Positions 19,212-28,336 of a DNA stretch of 64,000 nt are shown here, one piece after another. The stretch is taken from positions 160,001 to 224,000 of the forward strand of contig JAVJQW010000018.1 of assembly GCA_040218735.1 (NCBI GenBank). The letters run 5' to 3'. Origin of the DNA: Deltaproteobacteria bacterium. GTDB taxonomy: Bacteria > Myxococcota > Kuafuiibacteriia > Kuafuiibacteriales > Kuafuiibacteriaceae. Under the pieces are notes generated by a model that saw nothing but the letters and a program-made list of their open reading frames with translations, ran no database searches and had not been told where the DNA came from. The first letter of the stretch is position 1; each line of letters begins with the position of its first letter. A program made the position numbers and the translations under genes.

Positions 19212-19609
19212 ACGACGCGGAGCTACAGGCGCTCGCGGAGGATCTCGCGAGCGACGACCTCGAGACACGGTTGGCGACGCTGGCCGCGCTCCGGTCCGCG
19301 CCGGAGGCCGACCGCCGAGTCCTCACGCTCCTCGAAGCACGCCTCGACGATCGTGCGATCGGCTTGGTGTCGATGCCGCCGCGCATCGGCGAGGTCCGCA
19401 CCGCCGTCGTCGACGCGCTCGACGCCACGCGCCGCGCGCTCGACCTGCCGGCCACCCATCGAATCGAGGATGTGCACCCCGCGCTCTCCGCGACGGAGGT
19501 GGAGTCGCTCGCCGCGGCGAACGGCGTAGAGCTCCCGGCGGATCCGGTCGAGGCCTACAAAGCGTTGCGCGACGCAGGGGTGCTGCCGACCCGCGAGCGG
19601 GTGATCTGA
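19208..19609 (+). CDS. Small HEAT-like helical protein, candidate immunity protein
   Basis: GTG overlaps the upstream TGA; LASDDLETRLATLAAL...LEARLDD resembles a HEAT repeat. Confidence 0.6.
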   Translation: MNDAELQALAEDLASDDLETRLATLAALRSAPEADRRVLTLLEARLDDRAIGLVSMPPRIGEVRTAVVDALDATRRALDLPATHRIEDVHPALSATEVESLAAANGVELPADPVEAYKALRDAGVLPTRERVI

Positions 19610-19613
19610 GCGC

Positions 19614-21209
19614 TCAGGGGAGCGCGTCGGTCGTCGTCGCGGTCGATACGCCGAGCTCGGCCGCTCGCTTGGCACACTCGGGCCCCATCACAGACTCGCA
19701 GATCCTTCGGTACGCGGTGAGGACCCGCGGGTGGTCGTGGCCGCCGATCACCACGGCCTCTGCGTAACGAAGCACACTGGCGTCGGGGGCGCCGCCGTCC
19801 AGCATCTGCGCGAGGATGTGTTGCGGCGCCTTCGTGAACCTCGACAACGCGATGCGAACCTCCGAGCCCGACTTCGTCGAGATCGAGCGCGGCGGCTTGC
19901 GAAAGGCGTAGTCGACGTTCGTGAACGTGTAGAAGTCGTCGCCGAACGCGAACTCGTACTCGGGGTTTCGGCTCCTGTCGCCGTACACGACCTCTTCGAA
20001 GAGGAAGACGTCGGCGCCCATCACGCTGAAGACGAAGACCGTCGAGCCGGACCAGCGGCCGACCAGCCCGTCTTCCACGACGATCTCACGCGTGTACTGG
20101 TGCCCGTTGGCGAGGCGGACGTCGACCGCGTGACGTCCCTCGGAGATCTCGACCTCGATGATGCCCGTACCCACGATGTGGGGCGCGCCGTCGATCGTCA
20201 CCGATGCGGGACCCTTGCACCCGTTCGTGATTCGGAGTGTTCGGTGCTCTTCGAGCCAGCCGTCGATGAAGAACGCTCCGACGCTCGCGCCAACGAACAC
20301 GACGGCGCCGATCGCGATCGCGAGGCCTCGCTTGGGCTTCGGCACGATCGTGCTCGTCACGTTTCGCGCCGTCTCCATCTTGCGCACCGAGCTCACGACC
20401 TTTGTGTTGGCGCGGGCCACGTCGGGGAAGAGGGCGATCAGCCGCCGGTAACACGCGTAGGCCTCCTCTTCGCGGTGGTCGCGTTCGAGGCCCTGCGCGG
20501 TCTTCAGCAGGAGGCTGTAGTCCGGTTTGCGCTCGGGGGTGCGGATGTCTTCGAGGGCGCGCTTGGCCTCGGTGAAGTCTTGGCGTCGAACCGCGTCGTT
20601 CGCCCGTTCGCGAAGCGCGTCGTCGTCGTCGACGGGCTCGCCGTCCGGGGAGATCGGGACGTCGGCGTAGACGCTCACGTCGCCCTCTTTCGTCCGCGCG
20701 ATGACCTTGCGCTCGTGTCCCTCCGCGGTGGGCTCGCCGAACGCCGACCAGCGTACGCGATGGGGCATTCGCTTCAGTGTACGGAGCGCCTGGACGACGA
20801 TGATCGCGTCGCATACGAGCCCGAACGCCGCGACCGCGACGCCGACGATCGGCACGCCGCCCAACGCGAAGGCCACGCCGAGGCCCAGGAACACAACCGC
20901 CGCCACGACCACGAACATGGCTTTCGGCTTCCAGAAGGCCCTCCGCGCCGCACGGTCCAGCGCGCTGCACCGCCGGCACGGGGAGAGGCGCGCCGCCTCG
21001 ATCGCGTCGTCGAGCAGCGCGGAGTAGGCCCGTTTGGCCGCCGTTCGTTTGGCTGAATCGACCCCCGTGCCGTAGACGGAGGTCCCGGTGCCCTGGCCGA
21101 GCGCGTCGACGATGCCGAAGGACTTACCGCGGCACGCGGGGCAGGTGCGTTCGATGTGTACGGTGCGCTCGAGCGATACCGTATGGTCTTCGGTGATGAG
21201 GACGACCAC
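19614..21209 (-). CDS. Hypothetical membrane protein (zinc ribbon, 2 TM, TPR-like segment, TM, extracytoplasmic domain)
   Basis: CPAC...CRRC pairs, hydrophobic stretches, EEAYACYRRLIALFPD. Start uncertain. Confidence 0.7.
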   Translation of the reverse strand: MVVLITEDHTVSLERTVHIERTCPACRGKSFGIVDALGQGTGTSVYGTGVDSAKRTAAKRAYSALLDDAIEAARLSPCRRCSALDRAARRAFWKPKAMFVVVAAVVFLGLGVAFALGGVPIVGVAVAAFGLVCDAIIVVQALRTLKRMPHRVRWSAFGEPTAEGHERKVIARTKEGDVSVYADVPISPDGEPVDDDDALRERANDAVRRQDFTEAKRALEDIRTPERKPDYSLLLKTAQGLERDHREEEAYACYRRLIALFPDVARANTKVVSSVRKMETARNVTSTIVPKPKRGLAIAIGAVVFVGASVGAFFIDGWLEEHRTLRITNGCKGPASVTIDGAPHIVGTGIIEVEISEGRHAVDVRLANGHQYTREIVVEDGLVGRWSGSTVFVFSVMGADVFLFEEVVYGDRSRNPEYEFAFGDDFYTFTNVDYAFRKPPRSISTKSGSEVRIALSRFTKAPQHILAQMLDGGAPDASVLRYAEAVVIGGHDHPRVLTAYRRICESVMGPECAKRAAELGVSTATTTDALP

Positions 21210-21227
21210 GACGCTCGGGGTCGCCCA

Positions 21228-22244
21228 TCAGGACTCGCGGATCGGCGTGAGTCGTGTCTTCAGGAACGCGATGACCTCTTCCTTGTCGCCCTGGTGGGAG
21301 ACGCAGAACTTCGCGAGCCAGTCGTAGCGGTGGAGCATGAGGAACAGCCACACGATGAAGAAGTCGATCTTCTCGAAGATGATCGCGCCCTCCTCCTCGT
21401 AGCGTTTGCGGTTGCGCTCGAGCTCCTGCGGCATCTCCGTCCAGTGCATGCGCGGGTAGAGGTGGTGCGCGATGTGGTAGCCGTCGTTGAAGGCGCGGCG
21501 GTTGTAGCGCGTGTTGATGCAGGTGATCGCGTTCTTGTAGGCGTTGAGCGGATCCGCCGTGTCGATGAACGCGTGTTGGCCCCAGTTACCGGCCATCATC
21601 AAGAAGCGCGTGATGACGAACGGCAGCACCAGCACGAAGAGCGCGGCGATCGGCTTGAAGTAGAGTGTGACCGCGAAGAGCGCGTAGATGGACAGCTCGC
21701 CGGTGAGCATCTGGCGCGTCAGCTTCGTGCGGTTCTTCTTCATCATGTAGCGCGCCACGTCGAAGATGGAGATGAAGTAGAAGCGCGTCAGGTAGCGGAG
21801 GAAGTGGAACGGGTTGTCACGCTGGAAGCGCATCGTCGAGCTCGCGTCGAGCACGCCGTTGTTCTCGGGGTGGTGCATCCCGATGTGGTGCGCGAAGTAC
21901 GTTCGCGGCGTCATCCCGAACAGCGGCATGAGCACCCACTCGGTGTACGTGTTGATCCACTTGTACTCCTTCTTGAAGACTGGGTAGTGGATCATGTTGT
22001 GGTTCATGAGGATGAACCGGTCGAGGATGTTCAACATCACCACGAGGTGAATGACGCCCAACCACCACGGCGGGTTGGGTAGCGCGAACATCACGACGGC
22101 GATCGGCAGCAGGAACACCGACGCCGTCGTCAGGACGACGAGGAAGTCGAAGTCACGTTCGTTGCGCAGCACCGTCTGGGCGACGCGCTCCGACAGGCCC
22201 AGCCGCGGTTGGGACGCGACGACCGGATCCTCGATGGCATACAT
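21228..22244 (-). CDS. Membrane fatty acid desaturase family protein
   Basis: His boxes HNMIH, HHIGMHH, QH and HIAHH with intervening TM segments. Confidence 0.88.
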   Translation of the reverse strand: MYAIEDPVVASQPRLGLSERVAQTVLRNERDFDFLVVLTTASVFLLPIAVVMFALPNPPWWLGVIHLVVMLNILDRFILMNHNMIHYPVFKKEYKWINTYTEWVLMPLFGMTPRTYFAHHIGMHHPENNGVLDASSTMRFQRDNPFHFLRYLTRFYFISIFDVARYMMKKNRTKLTRQMLTGELSIYALFAVTLYFKPIAALFVLVLPFVITRFLMMAGNWGQHAFIDTADPLNAYKNAITCINTRYNRRAFNDGYHIAHHLYPRMHWTEMPQELERNRKRYEEEGAIIFEKIDFFIVWLFLMLHRYDWLAKFCVSHQGDKEEVIAFLKTRLTPIRES

Positions 22245-22304
22245 GGCCTCGCTTCAAACGCGATTGCCCTGGATGGGGCAATCCGAAATCCGTTCGTGAA
22301 CGGA

Positions 22305-23369
22305 TCAGCGGCGTGGGCGGCCCGGGCGCCGTGGTCCGCCGCGCGGGGCGCCACGGCCCGCGCTGCGCCGAGGAGCGCCCGGACGGCCCCGAGGGCGTGG
22401 ACCTCGGCTCGGGCCGGCGCCGCGGGGAGCCCCCGGACGCCGCGGTGCGGGCGAATTTCGTTCGGGTCGCTCGGCGGGTTTGGGCGCGGCCGCCTGCTTC
22501 TTGGCCTCGAGCTGCTGCATGACCACGGAGATCGTGGCGCGCGCACGTCGCGTGGACTCGTGCCGTGCGTCGGGGTCGAGCTCACACGCGCGTAGCAGAT
22601 CCTTGGCGCCCTCCACCATGTCGCCTTCGAGCATCCGAACCTCGCCTCGGTTGGCGTAGGCGTGCGGAGCGCTCGCGTCGAGCGTGATGGCGCGGGAGTA
22701 CGATTTGATCGCGTCGGCGTTTCGGTCCTGACGCTGCGCGACGGAGCCGAGGACGAGGTGGAAGTAGGCGTCCTTCGGGTCGAGGGCGACGAGGCCTTCG
22801 AAGACCTTCCGCGCCGCGTCGAGCTTGCCGGCCTGGAGGTTACGGTGACCGAGCGCGGCCATCTCGTACTGCTCCTCTTTCGAGATCCCCTCGAGCTCTC
22901 CGAGGGTGATCACGCCGGTGATGAACTGGGTCAGGCGCTTCGGATCCCAAGCGACCTTCTTGTTGCCCTCGGCCTTCGCGGGTGCCTTCGCTGGCGCTTC
23001 GGCCTTCGCCGGCGCGCGGCGTGGCGGCGCGGGGGCCTTCTTGGGCGGGAGGTTCGCGATCTTCTGGCCCGGCCCGGGCCCCGGCGCACGACCGGTCGGC
23101 GGCGCGCGTCGGACCGAGGTGGGCGGCTGCCCGGGGTTGCGCTTCGGTGGAGGCTTGGCCTGCGGTGTGGGCTCGGGCTGCGGAACGGCGGCGGCGTTCA
23201 CCTGCGTGTCGGCCTGATCGACCTCCGCCTTCTTCACCCGGACGCGGGTCTCGGTGCGTGCGGCGATCCGGCCGGACATGAGCGCGCCGGACAGATCCTG
23301 CTCGAGCCTCTTGCGCTTGGCGAGCCGCTCTCGCGCTTCGTCCTTCTTTCCGCCGTCGTCGTCGGCCAT
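22305..23369 (-). CDS. SycD/LcrH-family (class II type III secretion) chaperone-like TPR protein with disordered termini
   Basis: Core TLGELEGISKEEQYEMAALGH..LQAGKLDAARKVFEGLVALDPKDAYFHLVLGSV matches the SycD/LcrH pattern; three TPRs. Confidence 0.75.
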   Translation of the reverse strand: MADDDGGKKDEARERLAKRKRLEQDLSGALMSGRIAARTETRVRVKKAEVDQADTQVNAAAVPQPEPTPQAKPPPKRNPGQPPTSVRRAPPTGRAPGPGPGQKIANLPPKKAPAPPRRAPAKAEAPAKAPAKAEGNKKVAWDPKRLTQFITGVITLGELEGISKEEQYEMAALGHRNLQAGKLDAARKVFEGLVALDPKDAYFHLVLGSVAQRQDRNADAIKSYSRAITLDASAPHAYANRGEVRMLEGDMVEGAKDLLRACELDPDARHESTRRARATISVVMQQLEAKKQAAAPKPAERPERNSPAPRRPGAPRGAGPSRGPRPRGRPGAPRRSAGRGAPRGGPRRPGRPRR

Positions 23370-23420
23370 CGCTTCGCCGAGTCTAGCCTACACCCCGCGG
23401 CAGAGCGAAATTCGAACCCC

Positions 23421-24450
23421 TTACAGGCCGGCGTAGGCGCTGAGGCGCTGGAGCGTCACGGCGTAGGTTCGCGCGTCCTCGTCGGTGAGGTTGTCGCGAA
23501 TCCGGGCGAGGTAGTCGTGGTCGATCGAGTCGACGAGCCGACGGAACCCCGCTTCGTCGTACCGCGCGAGCTCCGAGATGGCCGCGCGGGCGTTCGAGTC
23601 CGTGACCACCCAGTCCCCGATGCCGTACGTCAGCGCGTCCTCGATCCGGTCCTTCGCGCCCGAGAAGTCCGTCAGCGGCGCGCCGCGGTTGTTCACCAGG
23701 GTGCGGAGCCGGTCGAGCGTCGGCCCGTACGTCTCGCGGTCACTGTCGGAGAGGTTGTCCTCCAGACGGTAGAGCATGTCCGGGCCGAGGTGCTCGGCGA
23801 CTTCGGCGAGCTGGTCGGAGGGCAGGCGGCTCATGCGGTCGAGGACGCCGCGGGCGTCGGCCTCGCTGATGTTCCAGTCGAGGATGCCGCGCGACAGATC
23901 ACTCTCGAGGTCCTCGACGAGCTCCCGGGTCGACGCCGTCTCCTCGCGGCGGAAGTTCCGCGCGAGGTTCAGGCGGTCGATCGTCGGGCCGTACCGCTCG
24001 CGGTCGGCGTCCGAGAGATTGTCGACGATCCGCGACGTGAGATCCGGACCGAGCTCGTCGATCACCTCGGCGACCTGGTCGGTCGGGATCTGCGAGAGGA
24101 AGTCGAGCGCGTCGCGCGCCTCGTCTTCGGTGACGGCCCAGTCGACGACGCCGTACTCGAGCTTGTCCCGCATCTCGGCGACCAGCTCGGACGTCTCACG
24201 CCGCTCGCCGGTCGGGATGTTGGTCACCACACCGAGCGCCTCGAGCGTCGACGCGTACGCGGCCTTGTCCTCGTCCGTGAGGTTGTCGTGCAGCCGGGAG
24301 ATCGACTCCGGGCCGAGCTCGCGCGCGATCGCCTGGAGGTCCGCCGGGCTGTGGTGCGACAGCTCGCGGATGACGTCGTGCGCCTCTTCGTCCGTGATCG
24401 CCCAGTCCGCGATGCCGTACTCGAGCTTCTCGCGGAGTCGGTTGACGAGG
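23421..24450 (-). repeat. Four diverged intragenic repeats with a 264-bp period
   Basis: The Trp codons of the DW motif lie at 24402, 24138, 23874 and 23610, each exactly 264 bp apart. Confidence 0.9.
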
Positions 24451-25919
24451 TTCTCGCGCGCCGTCGCGCTCATCTGCTCGTCGCCGATGGTCGCGTCGAC
24501 CGCGATCTCCATCTCGCGGTCCTCGACCGGAGCGCGACCGATGTCGCGGCGGCCGACCGCTTCGTCGATGTCGCGACCGGAGCGTGCGACGCGGTGCTGC
24601 AACAGGCGCGCGACGCTGTCGTCCGCGCCGCGGCGCGAAGTGCTCGGACCCTGGAAGCCACCGTTCGCGAGGTCGAAGGCCTCGAGGCGGTTGCGGTTGG
24701 CGCCGCTGCGCTGCTGCTGTCCGACGCCCGAGATGATCTGGTCGACCAGCGCGGCCGCGTCCATCGCGCTCGGGTTGGCCTGCGCCGGAGCGCTCGGGAT
24801 GTAGCCGCGGAGGTTGTTCGTCGCGGCGGCGTAGTCGGTCTGCATGCCCTGCGACTGCGCGTACATCTGCATGAGGTACGCGAGCGCCTGCATGCCCTGG
24901 TCCCAGCTCTGGGTCTGCGGCATCCCGCCGAACATCTGCTCGAAGTACTGCTGCAGCTGCTGCATCTGCGCCGCCTGCGGGCTCTGGCGCGCGTTGACGC
25001 TCTGCTGCGCCGCCTGCGCGTACTGCTGATACGCGCCGCTCGTGCCGAGCAGGTAGTCCGCGACGAGGTCGCCGTACGCGTCCGAGCCGCCGGCCGACTG
25101 GATGCCGCCGGAGATGACGGATCGGATGTCCTCGATCTCGGAGCGGAGCATCCGCTCGTAGTCCTGCGTACCGAACTCGGGGCGGAGCGACTCGTCGACG
25201 ACGAACGCGCCGAACGGGTCCGCGCCGTCCTCGCCCATCACGCCGAGGTACTGCCCGAGGTGCGAAGCGGCCCACGCGACGTCGCCTTCGCCGGCGGCGT
25301 CGTTGTAGCCGCCCATGTGGAACGTGGCGCCTTCGAAGTTCTGCTCGACGGCGTCCATGCGGTACGCGTAGCCGCCGTCGCGGACGCGACCCACGTGGGG
25401 GTCGTCGCCGAGGTTGCCGACGTCGACGCGGCTGTCGCCGTGCACCAACGTGAAGTTCTTGAGCGTGCCGTCCTCTTCGAAGTCGAGCGTGAACATCGCG
25501 CCGTTCGGCAGGACGTAGTTGCCGTCGGTCGCTTCCCACTCGGTGCCGTCGGCCTCGGTGACCATGTTGCCGCGGAAGAGGGTCTCGGCGCGCCCGCCGT
25601 CACGGCCGGGGACGTCGATGCGGAGCTCGTTCTCGTCGAAGCGGAACGTGTACCCGTCGGTCGTGGTGATCGTGCCGTCGCGACGCGACGCTTCGATCCC
25701 GCGCGCGTCGCTGTCCGACGTGGGGACGTAAGCCGCGCCCGGCGCGTTGTCGAAGGTGACCGTCGCGCGGCTGCCCTCGAGCGTGTCGCCGTCGAGCATG
25801 ACGATCGCGACGTTGCCGGCCTCGATCGAGTCCCCACCGAGCAGCTCGCGGAGCGCGGCCGCCTGTGCGGGGTCGGAGATGATCTGAGCCTGGAGGGACT
25901 GACGCGTGAGTGTGGTCAT
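23421..25919 (-). CDS. Acidic 832-aa protein: beta-rich N-domain, Gln/Met-rich linker, four 88-aa helical repeats
   Basis: Strong codon bias; no signal peptide; repeat consensus L.YG..DW.[IV][TS]..[ED]A...LGP....R+.DNL[ST]D.D+..Y..TL..L. Confidence 0.85.
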   Translation of the reverse strand: MTTLTRQSLQAQIISDPAQAAALRELLGGDSIEAGNVAIVMLDGDTLEGSRATVTFDNAPGAAYVPTSDSDARGIEASRRDGTITTTDGYTFRFDENELRIDVPGRDGGRAETLFRGNMVTEADGTEWEATDGNYVLPNGAMFTLDFEEDGTLKNFTLVHGDSRVDVGNLGDDPHVGRVRDGGYAYRMDAVEQNFEGATFHMGGYNDAAGEGDVAWAASHLGQYLGVMGEDGADPFGAFVVDESLRPEFGTQDYERMLRSEIEDIRSVISGGIQSAGGSDAYGDLVADYLLGTSGAYQQYAQAAQQSVNARQSPQAAQMQQLQQYFEQMFGGMPQTQSWDQGMQALAYLMQMYAQSQGMQTDYAAATNNLRGYIPSAPAQANPSAMDAAALVDQIISGVGQQQRSGANRNRLEAFDLANGGFQGPSTSRRGADDSVARLLQHRVARSGRDIDEAVGRRDIGRAPVEDREMEIAVDATIGDEQMSATARENLVNRLREKLEYGIADWAITDEEAHDVIRELSHHSPADLQAIARELGPESISRLHDNLTDEDKAAYASTLEALGVVTNIPTGERRETSELVAEMRDKLEYGVVDWAVTEDEARDALDFLSQIPTDQVAEVIDELGPDLTSRIVDNLSDADRERYGPTIDRLNLARNFRREETASTRELVEDLESDLSRGILDWNISEADARGVLDRMSRLPSDQLAEVAEHLGPDMLYRLEDNLSDSDRETYGPTLDRLRTLVNNRGAPLTDFSGAKDRIEDALTYGIGDWVVTDSNARAAISELARYDEAGFRRLVDSIDHDYLARIRDNLTDEDARTYAVTLQRLSAYAGL

Positions 25920-25929
25920 GATGTGCCGC

Positions 25930-25962
25930 CGAGAATTATCGCGGGGAAACGAACCTTGTTGC
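25930..25962 (-). promoter_or_regulatory. Candidate sigma28/FliA-like promoter for the repeat-protein gene
   Basis: The minus strand reads GCAAC-N15-GCGATAAT, 15 nt before the ATG. The -10 resembles GCCGATAA; the -35 is non-canonical. Confidence 0.4.
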
Positions 25963-26145
25963 GTAAAAATACAAATGATTTCAGGCGTGTACGCTGATGT
26001 GGTAATGGGTGTGTAAGCGTTCTACAGATCGACGGGTCTTACGTCCCGGAACCTGCCGATCGAGGGGATGCCGACGTTGGGGCTCTCGCCCTCCGCCCGC
26101 TGTCCGGTTTTCAAGGCCCCGGGTTGGCCCCGATGATTCTCGACG

Positions 26146-27135
26146 ATGCGCGCACGGATAGCGGGGACCGGGGCCTACTTGCCCGAGCGCGTCATGACGA
26201 ACGCTGAAGTCTGCGCGGGCGCCCCCGGGTGCAGCGCGGACTGGATCGTCGAAAAGCTCGGCATTCACGAGCGACGCATCGCGGCGCCCGACGAGCAGAC
26301 CAGCGACATGGCCGTCGCCGCCGCCAAGAAGGCGATCGCAATGGCGGGCATCGAAGCCGAAGAGCTCGACGGGATCATCTGCTCGGTCGGCACGGGCGAC
26401 GTCCCCGTGCCCGCGACCGGTTGTTACATTCAAGAGAAGCTCGGCATCGCCCACACGAAGGGCTTCGCGTTCGACATCAAGATGGCGTGCGCGGGTGCGG
26501 TCGGCGGCACGATGCTCGCGCGCGGGCTCATCGAGTCCGGCATCGCGAAGAACGTGCTCGTCGTCGGCACGCAGATCATCAGCCGCACCACGCTCGACTG
26601 GACGGACCGCAGCATCGCGCCGATCTTCGGTGACGGTGCGGGCGCCGTCGTGATGACGCCCTCGCCGGACGACAGCGGCATCCTGCAGAGCAAGCTCCGC
26701 ACGGACGGTTCGCTCACCGGGATCGTCGGGCAGTACGTCGGCGGGACGCAGACCTGGTACTCGCCGGAGGCGCTCGAGAACGGCGACGTCAAGCTGGTCA
26801 TGGACGGCCGCAAGGTCTGGGACTGTGCCGTCACCGAGCTCCCCGCGGTCATCGAGTCGGTGATCACGGAGGGCGGGTACACCGTCGACGACGTCGACTT
26901 CGTCGTCGCGCACCAGGCGAACAAACGCCTGCTCACGCACGTCCTGGAGCGGACGCGGATTCCGCTCTCGAAGACGTACACGAACATCGAACACTACGGA
27001 AACACGGTCGCGGCGAGCGCGTTCATCGCGCTCGACGAGTCCGTCAGGCAGGGACACGTTTCACGCGGAGACCTCATCGTGCTCGTCGCCATCGGCGCGG
27101 GGATGATCTGGGGCGCGCACCTGATTCGCTGGTAG
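26146..27135 (+). CDS. fabH: 3-oxoacyl-ACP synthase III
   Basis: Catalytic triad motifs MACAG, HQAN and YGNT; GTGAYLP; FGDGAGA. Confidence 0.93.
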   Translation: MRARIAGTGAYLPERVMTNAEVCAGAPGCSADWIVEKLGIHERRIAAPDEQTSDMAVAAAKKAIAMAGIEAEELDGIICSVGTGDVPVPATGCYIQEKLGIAHTKGFAFDIKMACAGAVGGTMLARGLIESGIAKNVLVVGTQIISRTTLDWTDRSIAPIFGDGAGAVVMTPSPDDSGILQSKLRTDGSLTGIVGQYVGGTQTWYSPEALENGDVKLVMDGRKVWDCAVTELPAVIESVITEGGYTVDDVDFVVAHQANKRLLTHVLERTRIPLSKTYTNIEHYGNTVAASAFIALDESVRQGHVSRGDLIVLVAIGAGMIWGAHLIRW

Positions 27136-27158
27136 GTGAGGAAGTTGGGTTTTTCGTC

Positions 27159-28214
27159 ATGACGATCGTTCACGTTCCCGAGCGGCCCCGATTCGACAAC
27201 GCGCTCACGCGCCTGTTCGGGATCGACTATCCGATCATCCAGGGCGCCATGGCTTGGCTCTCGGAAGCGGAGCTGGTCGCGGCTGTCTCGAACGAGGGCG
27301 GCCTCGGCGTGCTCGGCGCGTCGATCATGAGCGTCGACGAGTTCGAGGTGCAGGTCGTCAAGGCGAAGCAGCTCACCGACCGCCCCTTCGCCGTGAACTT
27401 CCCGCTCGTCCTCGGTGACTACCGCGAGCACCTCGAGATGGTGCTGTCGCACGGCGTCCGGATCATCTTCATGTCCGCCGGCTCGCCGAAGGTGCTCACG
27501 CCCCGCATCAAGGAAGCCGGCGCGCTGTGTGTGCACGTCGTCCCGAACCTCCGCCTCGCGCAGAGCGCCGTCAAACACGGCGTCGACGCGGTGGTGCTCG
27601 AGAGCTGCGAAGCCGGCGGCCACGTGTCGACCGAGGGCATCACGGCGATCACCAACATCCCGAACGTCGCGCGCAAGCTCGGCGTCCCGCTCATCGCGGC
27701 CGGCGGCATCGTCGACGGCCTCGGCATGGCGGCGGCGATGTGCCTCGGCGCCGACGGCATTCAGATGGGCACGCGGTTCCTCGCCACCCAGGAGAGCAAC
27801 GCGCCGGCCATCTACCAGAAGATGCTGCTCGAGGCGCAGGAGGGTGACATCCCCGTCCACTCCAAGAAGTTCCACCCCGGGCGCGCGCTGCGCTCCCCGG
27901 TGATCGAGAAGGTCTTGGAGATGGAGAAGGCCGACGAGCCGACCGAGTCCGTCCGCGCCTTCATCGGCCGGGGCCGCGCGAAGAAGGCCGCGCACGACGG
28001 CAACGTCGAGGAAGGCATCTTCTACGCCGGCGCCGGCGCGGGGATGCTCGACGACGTCATCACGGTGCGCGAGCTCTTCGACCAGCTCCTCGCCGAGTAC
28101 AAGGGCGCCGTGATGCGCGCCGCCGGGTTGATGGTGACGGCCGAAGCCCCCGCGCAGGAGACCGAGCGCCCGTCGCGCACCCCGCGCGCGCGCACCGCAT
28201 CCGTTCGCGGCTGA
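27159..28214 (+). CDS. Nitronate monooxygenase / FabK-type enoyl-ACP reductase family flavoprotein
   Basis: YPIIQGAMAW, VSNEGGLG, EAGGH, IAAGGIVDG, GIQMGTRF..T.ES; lies directly after fabH. Confidence 0.88.
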   Translation: MTIVHVPERPRFDNALTRLFGIDYPIIQGAMAWLSEAELVAAVSNEGGLGVLGASIMSVDEFEVQVVKAKQLTDRPFAVNFPLVLGDYREHLEMVLSHGVRIIFMSAGSPKVLTPRIKEAGALCVHVVPNLRLAQSAVKHGVDAVVLESCEAGGHVSTEGITAITNIPNVARKLGVPLIAAGGIVDGLGMAAAMCLGADGIQMGTRFLATQESNAPAIYQKMLLEAQEGDIPVHSKKFHPGRALRSPVIEKVLEMEKADEPTESVRAFIGRGRAKKAAHDGNVEEGIFYAGAGAGMLDDVITVRELFDQLLAEYKGAVMRAAGLMVTAEAPAQETERPSRTPRARTASVRG

Positions 28215-28248
28215 GCGTCGGCCGAGTCGGCGTGAGGAAACGCTGAAT

Positions 28249-28265
28249 CGGCGCGCCGAATCGGC
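28249..28265 (+). promoter_or_regulatory. Candidate upstream activator sequence, copy 1
   Basis: CGGCGCGCCGAATCGGC, 16/17 identical to the copy at 29645, starting 59 bp before the -24 TGGC. Confidence 0.5.
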
Positions 28266-28307
28266 GCGATCGTCCGCGTCGAACGTCACGGGGCGCGGAG
28301 ACGCGCC

Positions 28308-28323
28308 TGGCACGCGCCGTGCT
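28308..28323 (+). promoter_or_regulatory. Putative sigma54 promoter of ADYC gene 1
   Basis: TGGCACG-CGCC-GTGCT. Confidence 0.75.
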
Positions 28324-28336
28324 GTCCATGCGGAGC

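Noticed and set aside
22662-25997. 1111-aa plus-strand ORF, and similar long ORFs at 3591-5744, 33311-35773 and 47981-50650
   Set aside because: Antisense shadows of well-supported genes. High GC3 suppresses stops on the opposite strand, and the translations are Arg/Val/Gly-rich without motifs.
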